In this document: piece by piece, positions 12,041 through 24,810 of the stretch
Layout: the number at the start of each line of letters is the position of its first letter
Numbering within the stretch: the first letter of the stretch is position 1
Source: Camelus dromedarius
Taxonomy: Eukaryota
NCBI RefSeq assembly: GCF_036321535.1
Contig: NC_087437.1
Span: 17,424,001-17,488,000, forward strand
DNA length: 64,000 nt
Direction: 5' to 3'
Position numbers and translations under genes: made by a program
Notes under the pieces: model-generated
Seen by the model: the letters and a program-made list of their open reading frames with translations, nothing else
Databases searched by the model: none
What the model was told of the DNA's origin: nothing

Positions 12041-13989
12041 GTAGTCATTGGTTTCCATGTATTTATAACATTTATACTCCTTTTCTGTTCCTTAAGAGTC
12101 AGCATGGTAATCAAAAGTACATGAACTCTAGGGAAGTGAAAAGAGCATGCATTTGACTCCCAGTTTTCACCATTTATTTTCCAAGGTTGAAAAGCCATTT
12201 AACTTGTTAGTGTCTGTATTACAGTTGTAAAGTGAGGATAATACTTTAAAGGATTGTTATGAGGGAAATCCTAGGATATACCTGAATTATGGACATTCAG
12301 TAAACATTCCTTGGTATAGAGTGACACATTTTTAGTGACTCCCAGCCTTTGTGCGAGTGTAAAACTTCTCTTCTTAAACTAGTAGTTCTCCAGCTCAATC
12401 TATTGATCCCTTTCCAATAAGAAAGAATGGTGTAATTTATGAAGATCTGTAGAACAGTAAATTCCATACTATCTTTACTGACATATTGAAATTATTGAGT
12501 TCTTTAATTCCAACTTGGTTCTGTTCTTGTGGTAACCAGATCAGAAAAAGCCAGAAGTACAAGTCCAGTTTGGAAGAGATTGGAAGTGAATTTGAAAAAC
12601 AAACTGAGATCAGGAAATAAGCCCAGGAAAAAAAGGCAAGCAGGGTGTGAATACTATAAACTGGGACTAATGTCAAGTCCAAGGTCCATGATGTTCATGT
12701 AATCAGAGCAGAGCTGGCAGTCAGTGGGGATCAAAATCAGCAGTACAGATTTTAGGAAGGAAATCCAACACTTGATGTCAGGGGAGGAATTGGACACTGG
12801 TTGGTAAGGCTCCTGGTTTCAGGTAGTAGGTATAGGGACAGAAAGACAAAAGGATAGGAGTCCAGATCCTGAAAGCAAGAGTAGGAGCCAGGAGCATCCC
12901 AGTGCAAATATCTTTAGTGTAGTTGAAAACATGGAGCTGAAGCTTTTGCAGGAGAATGTGGAATATTAACTGACAACCTTATAACCAGGCCTCTAGGTTG
13001 GCTCAAAGTGCAGTGGAGTCATTTCATATTTAATTTATGTCATTTGAAATAAGTGTGGCTAAAAGAAAGTAAGAGAGAAATGGCTGTTAAAACTGTATAT
13101 GTTTCTACCTATCAGTCTACTCTGAGCATCTGTTCCAGTGTAAGCATGAGGTGGGAAGCATTATTTTGTTTTCTCAGTTGATTTCAGTTGCTGTCCCTCT
13201 TGTAGTATTAACACATGTCATTTCACTTTGTTACTTGTTTTTAAAGATACATAGTTTTCCCTACTATACAGACTCTAAATTAAAGTTAGCTCTTTGGTAC
13301 TTAACTGAAGAAATGGTCATCAAAGGAAAGCTAACTTTTAAGTGGGTTTTTTTTTGGAGGGAGTGTTGTTTGTTTTTTGCTTTAGATTCTGATTGTTTAG
13401 GTTCTAAATGTAATTCTACTGTAAAGCAGATTTAGTTTTATACCTCCTTACTACTCTTGACATTTCCTTTTAGCTCATACCTGCCCCATGTTTCCTTACC
13501 CATACTTTGTGTTCTGGATGCCAGTTCCTATTAACTAGCTTTCAGTTGGTTTTCTCTCTTTTTATAATACATTTAAAGAATTAAGTATGTACCTGTTGAA
13601 AATATTCAAACCATACATATATATGGAGTAGGGAGGGAAAATCGTACCAATCTTAGCACTCACTGAGGCTACCTCTGTACAGTTTGATGTATATCCTCCC
13701 TGAACTTTTTAGTGCATATACAAGCATATGTAATAGGATTTAAAAAAACATAATCATAATAAACATTGTTTTGGAATTTGCACCATTTGCTTAATATTTC
13801 TTGGACATTTTACCATACCAGTATTTATAATTTAGACACTGTTATTGTACATTTCATTCTTGATTTTTCTTGATTATTAGCAGTGCCACAGCAAACATTC
13901 TTACATAAATGACTTTGGGTACTTTTATCATTTTTTCCTGTAGTTTGTAGATTGCTGGTTCAAAGAAATGTGCATTTACAGTTTTGACA

Positions 13990-14503
13990 GTTGTCCTTCA
14001 GAAATTTTGTTCTTGAAATATGTTAATCAAGTTAAAAAGACAAATAACAAAATGGAAAAATTTGCAATTTATACCAAAGACAAAGGGTAAATTTCCTGCT
14101 ATATAAAGAGCTTCTAAAAAGTGAAAAAGAAAAGCTACACTAAAATGATCAAAAGATATGAATAAGCAGTCCACACAGAAAAACAAATGCACATGTTCCT
14201 TACATTTGGGGGAAAGGTACTCAATTTCACTGTAACAGAAAAATACAAATAAAACCTTCTCTGAAATAGCATTTCTTACCTATCCAGTTGGCCAGAATCC
14301 AAAAAATGGTTAACATAGTTTGTTGGCAAGGCTGTGAGGAAATAATCACTATCATATATTGCTGAGAATACAAAAGGATAAAGAGCCAACAGATAGGAAA
14401 TTTGGCAATATTCACAAAATTATATAAACCTTAAGCTTCATCTCAGCATTCGCCTGTGACCTAGAGGCACACAAACAGGAAAATAAAGTGATATATGTAT
14501 ATA

Positions 14504-14558
<55 letters not shown>

Positions 14559-16160
14559 TGCAGCACTATTTAAAACCAGAAGACTGGAAACAACCTGTTG
14601 TCTGTCAGTAAGGTCTAGTTGAGGGAGCTGTGATACTTCTATATGATGAAGTACTGTGCAATAGTTAGAAATAATTATATTAGAAGAGAACTCTTTTATA
14701 CTGCTATGGAATGATCTTCTATAATGATCTTTATATTTAAAAAGCAAGGTTCAAAGAGTATATACATAGTGTGCCTCCTCCTTTTGTGAGTGTGTATGTT
14801 TTGTTGCGGGAGGACATGAAAATTGGCATTTCTAATTTACCAATGTCTTATATATTCAGAAAGAAGCAATAGAAAGATAACCCAAGACAAATAAAAAAAT
14901 GGTTATCATTTTGGGAGAGGGAGAGAAAAAAAAGACAACGTGAGTATGGAAGCAGACCCCTCTAAATGTACCTTGTCTGACAGTTTACTTTTAGAAACCA
15001 TCTAAATATTTTATGTAATTATAAAATAAAATTAAATTAAAAAAGGAAAAATAAAGTGATCTCCAAAAAATGGAAACTTGAATTTATCCAGTTAATATTC
15101 TGCCTTTCCTGTAGGGTCTGTGTATTAGGGTAATCAAGTAATTAATGAGATGATGTTCTTTGTAGAACAAGAACAGTTTCTAAAAGCAGGTAGATCAAGC
15201 AGATCATCATTTTGGAAATAGTAGATCCAGGGAGTGAGCATCAGTGGCTGAGAAAACCACTGGCTGAAGATTTGATGGGGAACTTGATAATGGATATTCA
15301 TAATCCCACCATTCAGTCTTAACACAACTGACAATTGGGCAGCCAAATATAGTGCGCCGCCTATTTTTTGGCAGTAAGTAGTACACAAGAATACCTGTTA
15401 AGTATTCTTACTCCAACAACAAAAGAACCTGGGAAGGAGAGAAAAAGAAAGAGTAAAGCCTCTAGATATAATTACCAGTTTACAGAAGATAGGGAAGATA
15501 AAGGAGCGCCATGAGGATGCATGTCAATCAAGTCCACAAATGCCGGAAATACTACAGAACAAAGCCAGGTTCTTCAACAAATAAATGGCAGGGAAAGAGA
15601 ACTGTGTTAAAAATTAAGGAAACTTAAACATACTAACCAAAGTGTATGTATGTACAGATGTAGCTTGGATCCTAGTTCAAATAAACCAGTTGTTAAAAGA
15701 CTTAACAAAATTCATTCAGAAAAAATTAAACATTAATATTGATGAAATGAAAGAATTGTTGCAGGTACTCTTAACCTTAACAAAGAAACATTTTTAACAA
15801 AACAAGTTTTTAAAAATATTTTGATAACTGAATTTCAATATAATTGATTTTATTTGTGATCTTACATATTTTTATGCATTTAAAACCATATTCTGATTAG
15901 GTGTTACAGGTTTTACCAGATGCCAAAAGGGAGAGGGAGCCCTTAATTCATTGTTAATTTTTGTGGGGTATGGGTTCTTATCTATTAGTACTTATAGATG
16001 AAGTCATAGGATTCCAGCTCTCCCACCAAATGTTGCAGGGGACAGATGAACCACAGAGGCAGAATATTGATCATTGAAGTTGGGTAATATGTATGGGGCT
16101 TGTTTTACTATTCTCTACTTTCGTGTATGTTGAAATTCCCATAATTAAAAAATTTAAAGT
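13990..16160 (+). mobile_element. Ancient L1 (L1ME/L1MC-like) ORF2-end and 3'UTR fragments
   Basis: A-rich degenerate L1 motifs (gacaaagggtaaatttcc, ctggaaacaacctg, tctctactttcgtgtatgttgaaattcccataat). Confidence 0.55.
14492..14557. repeat. Compound (TA)/(TG)n/(TA)n/(CA)n microsatellite
   Basis: Direct reading. Confidence 0.95.
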
Positions 16161-16517
16161 TTTATAACAATTTTTAGTTATAATGTCAATAATGTAGTAG
16201 AATGCCTATTATGTTACATTCTAGGAGCACTAGATAATGTTGGTATTTTTTGGTCACTCTAATAGGTAGTGAATTAGTACCTTGGTTTCAGATTTTATTT
16301 CTATAATTATAAGGACATTCTGAATCTTTCCCAGTGCTTTCTTACCTTTTGTACTTTCACGTCCATAAATGATCTTAATTTTTTGCCAACTTTAAACTCA
16401 TTTATTATCTTTTCTCATCATTTGTATGAGCTTTAATTATATAATCGGCTGTGACACTTGAACATATAACAAATATTTCCCCCAGCACGTTAGTCTGTTA
16501 ACTTTGTTTTTTGATGT

Positions 16518-16986
16518 GATAGTAGGCACAGTAATGACTACCCAAAGATGTACACGACCTAATCTCCAGAACCTATGAATATGTTACCTTACATAGTTAA
16601 AGAGACTCTGCAGATGTAATTAAGGATTTTGAATTGGGGAGATTATTTTGAATTATCCTTATGGGCCCAAAGTAAATTGTAAGGGTCCTTATGAGAGGGA
16701 AGCAGAAGAGTTAAAAGTGAGAAAAGGAGACGTGACAGTCTAACTTAAAGATTAGAGTGATGCAGTCTTGACCCAGGGAATGGGAACAGCTTCCAGAGGT
16801 TGGAAATGGCAAGGAAAGGATTTTCCCCTACAACTTCCAGAGGGAACACAATTCTGCTGATAACTTTGATTTCAGCCTGTAAGACACATTTCATATTTCT
16901 GACCTTTGAAACTGAGATGATAAATTTGTGTTATTTTTAGTCACTAAGTTTGTGGTAATTTGTTACAGCAGCAGTAGGTACTAATG
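16518..16986. mobile_element. MaLR LTR (MLT1D-like)
   Basis: cccaaagatgt..cctaatctccagaacctatgaatatgttaccttacat...ggtaatttgttacagcagcagtagg; homologous to 54530-55043. Confidence 0.85.
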
Positions 16987-17139
16987 TCCTTTGCTATACC
17001 AAAGTTAAATTTTTTTTCATTTTATGATTTCTAATACTGGAATCATGATAATAAAAGACTTCCTTGCATCAAGAATATGAAAATTTATTTCTATATTTTA
17101 TTTTTTGTTTTGCTTTTATCTTTAATCAGTCTGTTTTAT

Positions 17140-19430
17140 TTCAGTTAAACTTTTAATTTTGAGATAATTATAGATTCATATGCAATTACAAGAAATCTTA
17201 AGACTTTGAGATCCAGTGTATTCTATACCCAGTTTCTTCCAATGGTAACATCTGGCAAAAGAATAGTATAGTGTAACAGACAGGATATTAATATTGATAA
17301 TCAAGCTGCAGAACATTTCCATTAACAGAAGAATCCCTCATGCTGTCCTTATATAAACACATCCACTTCTTTCACCCTCCCACCCCATCCATAAGCCCAG
17401 ATAATTTTGTCATTTCAAGAATGTCAGATAAATGGACTCACATAGTGTTTAACCTTTGGGATTGACCTCCCCCCCCCCCCATTCAGCATAATTCCCTGGA
17501 GATACATCATCCAGGTTATTGCACATATCAGTCATTTTTTTCCTTTTTATTGCTGAGTATTATTCCATGGCATGGATATACCACAGTTTGTTTAAACATT
17601 CACCTGTTGAAGGACATCTGGGTGGTTTACAGTTTTTGGCAATTACAGCTAAAGTTGCTACAAACAGTCATGTAAAAGTTTTTGTATGATTGTAAGTCTT
17701 CATTTTTCTGGGATAAATGCCCAGGAGTACAATTGGTCAGTTGTATTGCAGATGCATGTTTAGTTTTACAAGAAATTGCCAAGCTGTTTTCCAGGGTATT
17801 TGTACCATTTAAAATTCTCATCAGCAATATATGAGTGATTCAGTTTCAGCATATCCTTGCCAGCATTTGATATTGTCACTCTTTTATTGTAACTGTTCTG
17901 ATAGGTGTGTAGTGATGTCTCAATGTGGTTTTAATTTACATTTTCTTAGCTAGTGATGATGAACATCTTTTCATATGGTTGTTTGCCATTTATATATCTT
18001 CTTTAGTTAATGTCTCTTTGTCTTTTGTTTGTTTTCTAATTGGAGTTGTTTTTCTGCTGTTGAGTTTTTCCTTTTATGGATTTTGCTTTCAGTGTCAAGC
18101 CTAAGAACTCTTTACCTAGCTCTGTAGCCTGAAGATTTTCTTGCAGATATTTTTCTACAGGTTTCATAGTTTTACATTTAAGGTTGTCATCCATTTTGAA
18201 TTTGTATAAGGTGTGAGGTTAGGTCAGTGCACATTGTTTTGTTTTGTCTATTGGTGTCCATTAGCCTTTGCAATATTTGTTCTTCCTTCATTGAATTACT
18301 TTTTTCACCTTCGTTAAAAATTCAGTTGGGCATATTTGTGTAGGTCTATTTCTAGGTTTTTTTCCTTTGTTATATTAATATATGTGTCTATCTCTTTGCA
18401 AATATGTACAACCTTGACTTAACTGTAGCTACATAGTAAGTTTTTCCCTACTTTATTGTAACTTTTGAAAATTGTTATAGCTATTCTAGTTATTCTACCT
18501 TTCCGTAAAAATTACAGAATAACAATGCCTATATATACAAAAAATTTTGCTGGAATTTAATAAGAATTATATCACCCATATATCTAGTTAGAAACAATTC
18601 ACATCCTTACTGTGTTGAATCTTCTATTCCTAAACACTTTTATTTAGATCTTTGATTTCTTTCATCTGCATTTGTAGTTTTCAACATATAGTCATATTAA
18701 TGTTTTGTTAGAGTCACACTAATTTCATTTTTTTCCTTTTATTATTCAGTGGTATTGCTTTTAATTTTGTTGTCTATATGTTCATTGCTAGTATATAGAA
18801 ATACAATTGATTTTTGCAGATTGATCTGTGTCACACAAATTTTGATAGGTTAATTTTTATTTTCACTTCAGTGTTATATTTGATTTTTCTTGAGACTTTT
18901 TTGACCCATGGATTATTTAGAAGTATATTCCAAATATTTGGAGGTTTTTCTGTTATCTTTCTGTTATTGATTTCTAGTTTTATTCTATTGTAGTCAGAGA
19001 ACACATTATATGACCAGTTATTTTAAATTTGTTGAGATCTATTTTATGGCTCGGGATATGGTCTTTCTTGGTATTTATTCCATGAGCACTTGAAAAGCTT
19101 GTATATTTTGCTATTGTACAGTGGAATATTCTATAAATGTTGGCTAGATCCTGTTGGTTGAATGTGTTATTGGTTTCCTTTACATCCTTGCTGATTTTCT
19201 GTCTGGCTGATGGGTAATGAAAGTTCTGGATTCTTAGTTGGTCTTTACTTACATCACCAGGCAGGGCTGTTGGAGTGCCCCATATAGCCTCTTAAGGGGA
19301 GAAGTCCAGGTTTCTTTCTTAGGTTTTTTTCGTATGGGTGGGGCCAGTTTTTCTGTAGTGTTTGCAGTAGAGTGTTTATTGTCTAAAAGTTTTGTCTTGC
19401 TAGGCTGGGTGGCTTTTGAAAAAACTAATT
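17140..19430 (-). mobile_element. Old L1 (L1MB/L1MC-like), antisense, fragmented
   Basis: L1 3'UTR and ORF2 antisense motifs; homologous to 57090-59900. Confidence 0.8.
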
Positions 19431-20079
19431 CCTGAGTGAATTACTAATTCCTAAAAATACTAATTCCTGATGAGAAGCTCTGAAGTAGAGGCCTAAGCTC
19501 CTGTATTTTTATAAAAGCTCCATAAATGATTCTACTATGTAGGGAAGGCTTTCATTAACCAAAATACACATTTGAAGCTAGTTAGACTTGAGTTGTAACT
19601 TTTTATTTGGAAGTAATTTCAAACAGAAAAGTTGCAGGAATACAAATTAATTTTTCTGGTTTTTCTCTGTTTGTCAATACTTGAATACCAGAGCATCCTC
19701 TTTTTTTTAAGCGTTATTAATTTTGTTGCTGTACATACTTGAGTCATTCCTTTAGAAGACTATGTGGTAGGTTTTGAGGCCTTGCAATTTGCCCCCTCCT
19801 CCCAAAAGTATCTACCTTGTAGATACAGTATCTACACTTGAATGCTAGGGGTTTTTGAATTCTAGATTAAATGCATTTCTCTGAGTACATTGAAGAATTT
19901 GCTTCATTGTTAAGAAAGCAGAATGCTATTCATTATCCAAAACCAGAAGCTGATTTTATTTGTTTGCTGAACCAGGGGTAGCTATTTATGTAAAATAATC
20001 TCTCTGAAGAAAGCAGAGAGCTAATCTAGGTTCAGGAGTGAGTTAGGCTTTTAGCATTTCCTTTCTTTGTTCTTAAAGT

Positions 20080-21290
20080 GTTTGTTTAAATTGGAATTAT
20101 TTGTTCCTTGAATTTTAGTAGAACTTGCCTGTAAAACCATCTGGCCCTGGTGTTTTCATTATGGGAAGATTTCTTAATGACTGATTCAGTTTTATTACTT
20201 TTGTTATTTTAATTTTCTATAAATTTGTACATTTTACTTATTCTCAGATTTATTGATAAAGTTTTTAATATTGCTATGTCTTTGGAGTGTCTGTAGCATC
20301 TGTAATTATAATTCCCTTTTTATTCCTGGTGTTTGGATGTGCTTTTTCCTTTTTTTTCATTCATCAGTCATTCCAGAACTATGCCTGTTTTTTTTAGTCA
20401 TGACAAAGAACTACCTTTTGTTGAGCCTTTCTTCTATATCTTTGTTTTCTGTTTCATTAAATTCTGCTTTTATTTGTATTATTTCCTTTTATCTACTTTA
20501 TATTCTTCAACTTTTCTAACTGAAGACAGATAATCTGTTCATTACTTTTATTTAGCTTTTCTTATTTTTTTGAGGTAACTGTTTAGAACTAAGAGTCTCC
20601 TTTTATACACTCTTTTGCTGCATCCCACAATGCTGTAGTCATTTTATTATTTTACTTACAAGTATTTTCAAAATTCTATTATGATTTCATCTTTGGCTCA
20701 TGAGTTTTTAGAAGTTTCTAAATATATAAGGTTTAAAACTATCTTTTTGTTATGATTATCAGAATGTGGTTGTAGGATACCAAGTGAAAAATGTAAGAGA
20801 CTCTTTTATGTGCTAGCATTTGGTCAACTTTTGTATGTGTTCTGTTTGTATTCTTCTGTTTGGAAGTAATACTTGTATATGTTTATTACATCAGACTTAA
20901 TGGTTATGATGTCAGTTTTTCTTTAGCTTTACTAATTTTTTGTCTCCTTGATTTATTACTGAGATAAGTATGTTAAAAGTTGTCCTCTGAAGACAAGGGA
21001 TTTGCTAATTTTTCTTGGTGGTTCTGTCGATTTATTTTGGAGCTACATTAATAGGTACATGTAAGTTTAGCTGTTATAATATATATATATTGAATAAAAA
21101 CCTTGTATCATGATATGCGAATTTCTTTGTTACTAGTAATAGTTTTGCCTTACAGTCCTTTTGTGTGTTAATATTAACTCCACCAATTTTGTATTGATTA
21201 GCATATGCCTGGTATTTTAGTTTTTTTCATGTTTTTATTTTCAGTCTTTCAGTGTTCTTAGATGTGTCTCTTTTGGAAAGTGTGTAGACT
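20080..21290 (-). mobile_element. Highly degenerate L1 ORF2 fragment, antisense, abutting NCK1 exon 2
   Basis: T-rich sequence with gtaaaaccatctggccctggtgttttc and gctgcatcccaca motifs. Confidence 0.6.
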
Positions 21291-21352
21291 ACTACTAGTT
21301 AAACCTTATATGAAATGTTTTCTATGTGCTTACAGTGCAGAAGCTGCTGAAA

Positions 21353-21578
21353 ATGGCAGAAGAAGTGGTGGTAGTAGCCAAATTTGATTATGTGGCCCAA
21401 CAAGAACAAGAGCTGGATATCAAGAAGAATGAGAGATTATGGCTTCTGGATGATTCTAAGTCCTGGTGGCGAGTTCGAAATTCCATGAATAAAACGGGTT
21501 TTGTGCCTTCTAACTATGTGGAAAGGAAAAACAGTGCCCGAAAAGCATCTATTGTAAAAAACCTAAAAGATACCTTAG
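21353..21578 (+). CDS. NCK1: NCK adaptor protein 1, first coding exon (SH3-1)
   Basis: [75 protein letters not shown]. Acceptor tacAG ends at 21335; donor AG|GTAAGT at 21579; 226 coding nt. Confidence 0.98.
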
Positions 21579-23764
21579 GTAAGTTATTTTTGTATTAAAA
21601 CAAGAACAACAATGCTTTTTCAAAAATGGATGGTAGAGCTTGGTTCTTTGTACAGAATTTTGGCAGGAGTGGGCAGAATTGACTAGAAAAGGCTAGGGCT
21701 GGGATTTCAGCTAGGCAAGATAAGTTTGGCTCATAGCACGTGTTCAAGTCAGGAGACTAGTGAAGGTCAGTTTCTGTAAATCTAGTTGGTGGGTCTGGCC
21801 AGAGTTCAAGAGTCAAGCCAGAGTGATGCTGATAGTGGAAATGATTCTGCTCTTCTGACAGGGGCTCCTGGAACCATGAGTGCCTGTTGGAGTTCAGGCA
21901 GATTCTGCATTGAATTGAGATGGGAATAAATGAGTGAGATGAAGAGTATCCTCCTTGTCCTTAAGATAGTTTATTTTACATGATACATTGCTCTGTTTTA
22001 CTCTAATGGCTTACATTTTGAACTTTGCTTTTAAAATAAACCATCATTTTATTCTTATATTTGACAGAAGAGTTTTAAATTGTGGAACATTACTATAGAC
22101 TAGCATCTACAAAGCTGATCTCTTTTTTTATTTTCTCATTTTTCCTCTTCTTTATTCCCTTAACTTTAAATTTTGTTCGTTTTTCCTGGCCCTCTATTAG
22201 GGCCAGAGATAAGGGAACCTACTTTACACTGGGCTTGGCCAAGCTGCTGTGATAGGAAGGAAATATGCACAGATGAGGGCTAGCCTTTTTTCTTTTTTAA
22301 ATTCTCCTTGGCTAACAGGAAGGAATTGGGAGGGACAGAATTTCCCTCAGGTATTTGGGCAAGCATGCTGTTACTTAATAGTTCTTTGTATATATGTAGG
22401 AGAAAAGGTAGAATTTCTCCTTGCAAAAAGATAGTTTGGGAGTAATGTGGCATGATTGACAAATATAAAATATTATTAACTGCTTTATATTAGTTTTTAT
22501 TTCTTATTCAGAGGTATTGTTATTCTGTACTAGAATGTTCTTTCAATTACCAGTAATAGAAGACAGTTCTTCTATGTCTTTACCCATTGTAAACAGTAAA
22601 AACTAAAACACAGTACTATTCAAAGTAAGATATAAAATATGGAATATCAATTTCTGAGCTAAAAAACATTTCTAGTATTCTAAAAGTAATTTAATAAATG
22701 GAGTTATTAATCTAAATTTTCACCATTATACTTAACTGCTTTAACTAGGACTACCTTTTCTGAGATTTTAAGGTTTTAAAATAAGGCCACTATTATTAGG
22801 TTTTAATACTAGTTTTTAAATGGAAAACAGTACACTTATGAAATGGAAGACAGTCAGAAAGAAATTGTCCTTGAATAGCTGAAGAGCCAAAGTTGGAATC
22901 AGGAATACTTCTGATTTTGTATATACTAGACATTTATTTAATGCATGTTAATTAGAGGTGTTGGGGAAAATTAAGATAACTTCTACCAAGAAAATATGTC
23001 TCATAGTGATGAAGGTACAGAAAGGGCTAGGGCCACACCTAGATAAACTATCATGTTCCTTTTTAAAAAGATAGTGATGTCCTGGGACTAAAGCAGATAT
23101 GACAGTAATTAACAAAAGATAGTGAAAAACTAATATCATAGAGCAAAGAGGAAAAAAATCCCAGTTTTAGATATGACTGCATATAAATTTTAAAAGCCTA
23201 ATGAGATACAATTTTTATGATTTGTCAATACTCCTGGGAAACCTTCTGTACTATTTTCTGATATTACTGAGATGATTTTAGCTAGACTATATCTATTTAA
23301 GTCCTAGGCTTTGTTAGTTTTATTACTATATTACAGTTATTGCTGTTTTCCAGGGTACTTGGAAACATTCTGTTTTAAGGTAGTGGTGTATATGGTTAAC
23401 CTGTATACTGGTATAAATCCATCTTTTGCATCAGACACTCTTGTCTCCTTTCTCAGAATTTCTTAATCCCATTTTCGTAACTTAATTGTTCCATATAATT
23501 AATGGATTTTTTCCACAGTGATTGTGCTGGTGGAGACATTATTTGAAGATTAAGAAAGAAAAGGAGAAAACAAAGGGAAGAATGAATACATGACTATATT
23601 TTCAACTATTGAAAAAAATATATATACTTAAAAGCTTCTTTCAAAATAAGTCTGAATAATAAGGTCATATTTGTGGCCGTCATGATATACTTGTTTTATA
23701 GGTTCTGTTAGAGTTCACGGCAAAAATGTTTTGAAAAGAGAGAAGCCTCAGGAAAACTTTCTAT

Positions 23765-23897
23765 TGCCTGGGTGTGGGCCAAGTCACATGGATTGGGTGT
23801 GGGGAGTTTCAGTGTTGCAGAACCAGGAAATTCATTGCGAATTATCCTGAGCTGAGTTAACAAACTGACAAAAGAGAACACGGGATTTTTTTTCAGA
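23765..23897 (+). promoter_or_regulatory. Putative internal promoter / 5'UTR of the short NCK1 isoform
   Basis: Two GGGTGTGGG (CACCC/KLF-Sp) boxes, GTCACATG E-box, ATTGG (reverse CCAAT), CAGGAA and TTGCGAAT motifs clustered just upstream of the alternative ATG, in non-repetitive DNA. Confidence 0.45.
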
Positions 23898-23931
23898 ATG
23901 GATTGGCTAAACGTCTTTAAAGATTTTTTCA
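23898..23931 (+). CDS. NCK1: NCK1 alternative first coding exon (MDWLNVFKDFF-S), giving a 313-aa isoform without SH3-1
   Basis: agaATGG Kozak context; 34 nt followed by donor A|GTAAGT. Phase 1 matches exon 3, and 34+713+195 = 942 nt. The peptide matches my recollection of the human NCK1 isoform 2 N-terminus. Confidence 0.88.
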
Positions 23932-24810
23932 GTAAGTTAATCTGTTTATTAAATCTATTTCACCTTTATGAATTTAAAGGAAAACTATATGGAGAGAACA
24001 TGGTGGATTTATAAAGACTGGTGCTTTATGTTGTTTATGAAACAAGCTAAGTGATTGGTGATACATCAAATAGTAATAGCTTTGACTTGATAAGTAAAAT
24101 AGTTTAAAAATGTTTTTGTATCGGTGTTTAAGTTACAAATAAGAAGAGGATATAAATAATCGAGCTTGTTGCAATTAGTTCTTTGAACTTAACATAGGTA
24201 TTTGAAGTGAATTAAATTGTAAACTTTAAAAATATGAGAAAAAAGATAAAGTGAGCAGATTCCTTCACCTTCAATATTTGAAGTCACATGATACTGTTTT
24301 TAGTGCTTTTTACTTAGATTTCAGGGGACCATTGTACAAGATAATGTTTAATAAAAGCACCAGTAAAGAGAATGCTTTGACTTAATATCAGATTGCAAGA
24401 AATTGCTATTTTGGTAAATGTGAGATTTGGCATTTTGAAATGAGTTGTGAGCGCAAACTACATACAAAAAATATGAAAATACTGAAAAAAAATAGTGAAT
24501 TCTTGGATTGGTTTTGAGTTTGGGTCATAAAGTAAGACTATTACTAATAAGAGTCTAATCTGTGTATATACTGATGGGCTTTTTATGCTCATATGACAGT
24601 GAAATTGATTTGGTCTCCTTGAACAATTGCTCAGTGGTTCTAGAAAAATGAGCAGAGAAATTGTGCACAGGAATTCTGCATAAGGAGTCTAAGGAAGCAG
24701 AGTAACTTGTCGAGAGATGTCCAGGAAAGGGCAGAATGTAAAGGGAGCAAGCACTTTATTGAAAAGGAATGTTGGAATTGAGACTCTTTTTTAAAAATAT
24801 TGAGATTAAG

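Noticed and set aside
21326..21598. 90-aa ORF with N-terminal extension MLTVQKLLK
   Set aside because: It starts at an intronic GTG and reads through the donor; the real start is 21353. The tandem AGs at 21335, 21340 and 21343 affect only the 5'UTR.
22186..22206. ctggccct-ctatt-agggccag hairpin as an ncRNA
   Set aside because: Only an 8-bp stem, with no miRNA or snoRNA features.
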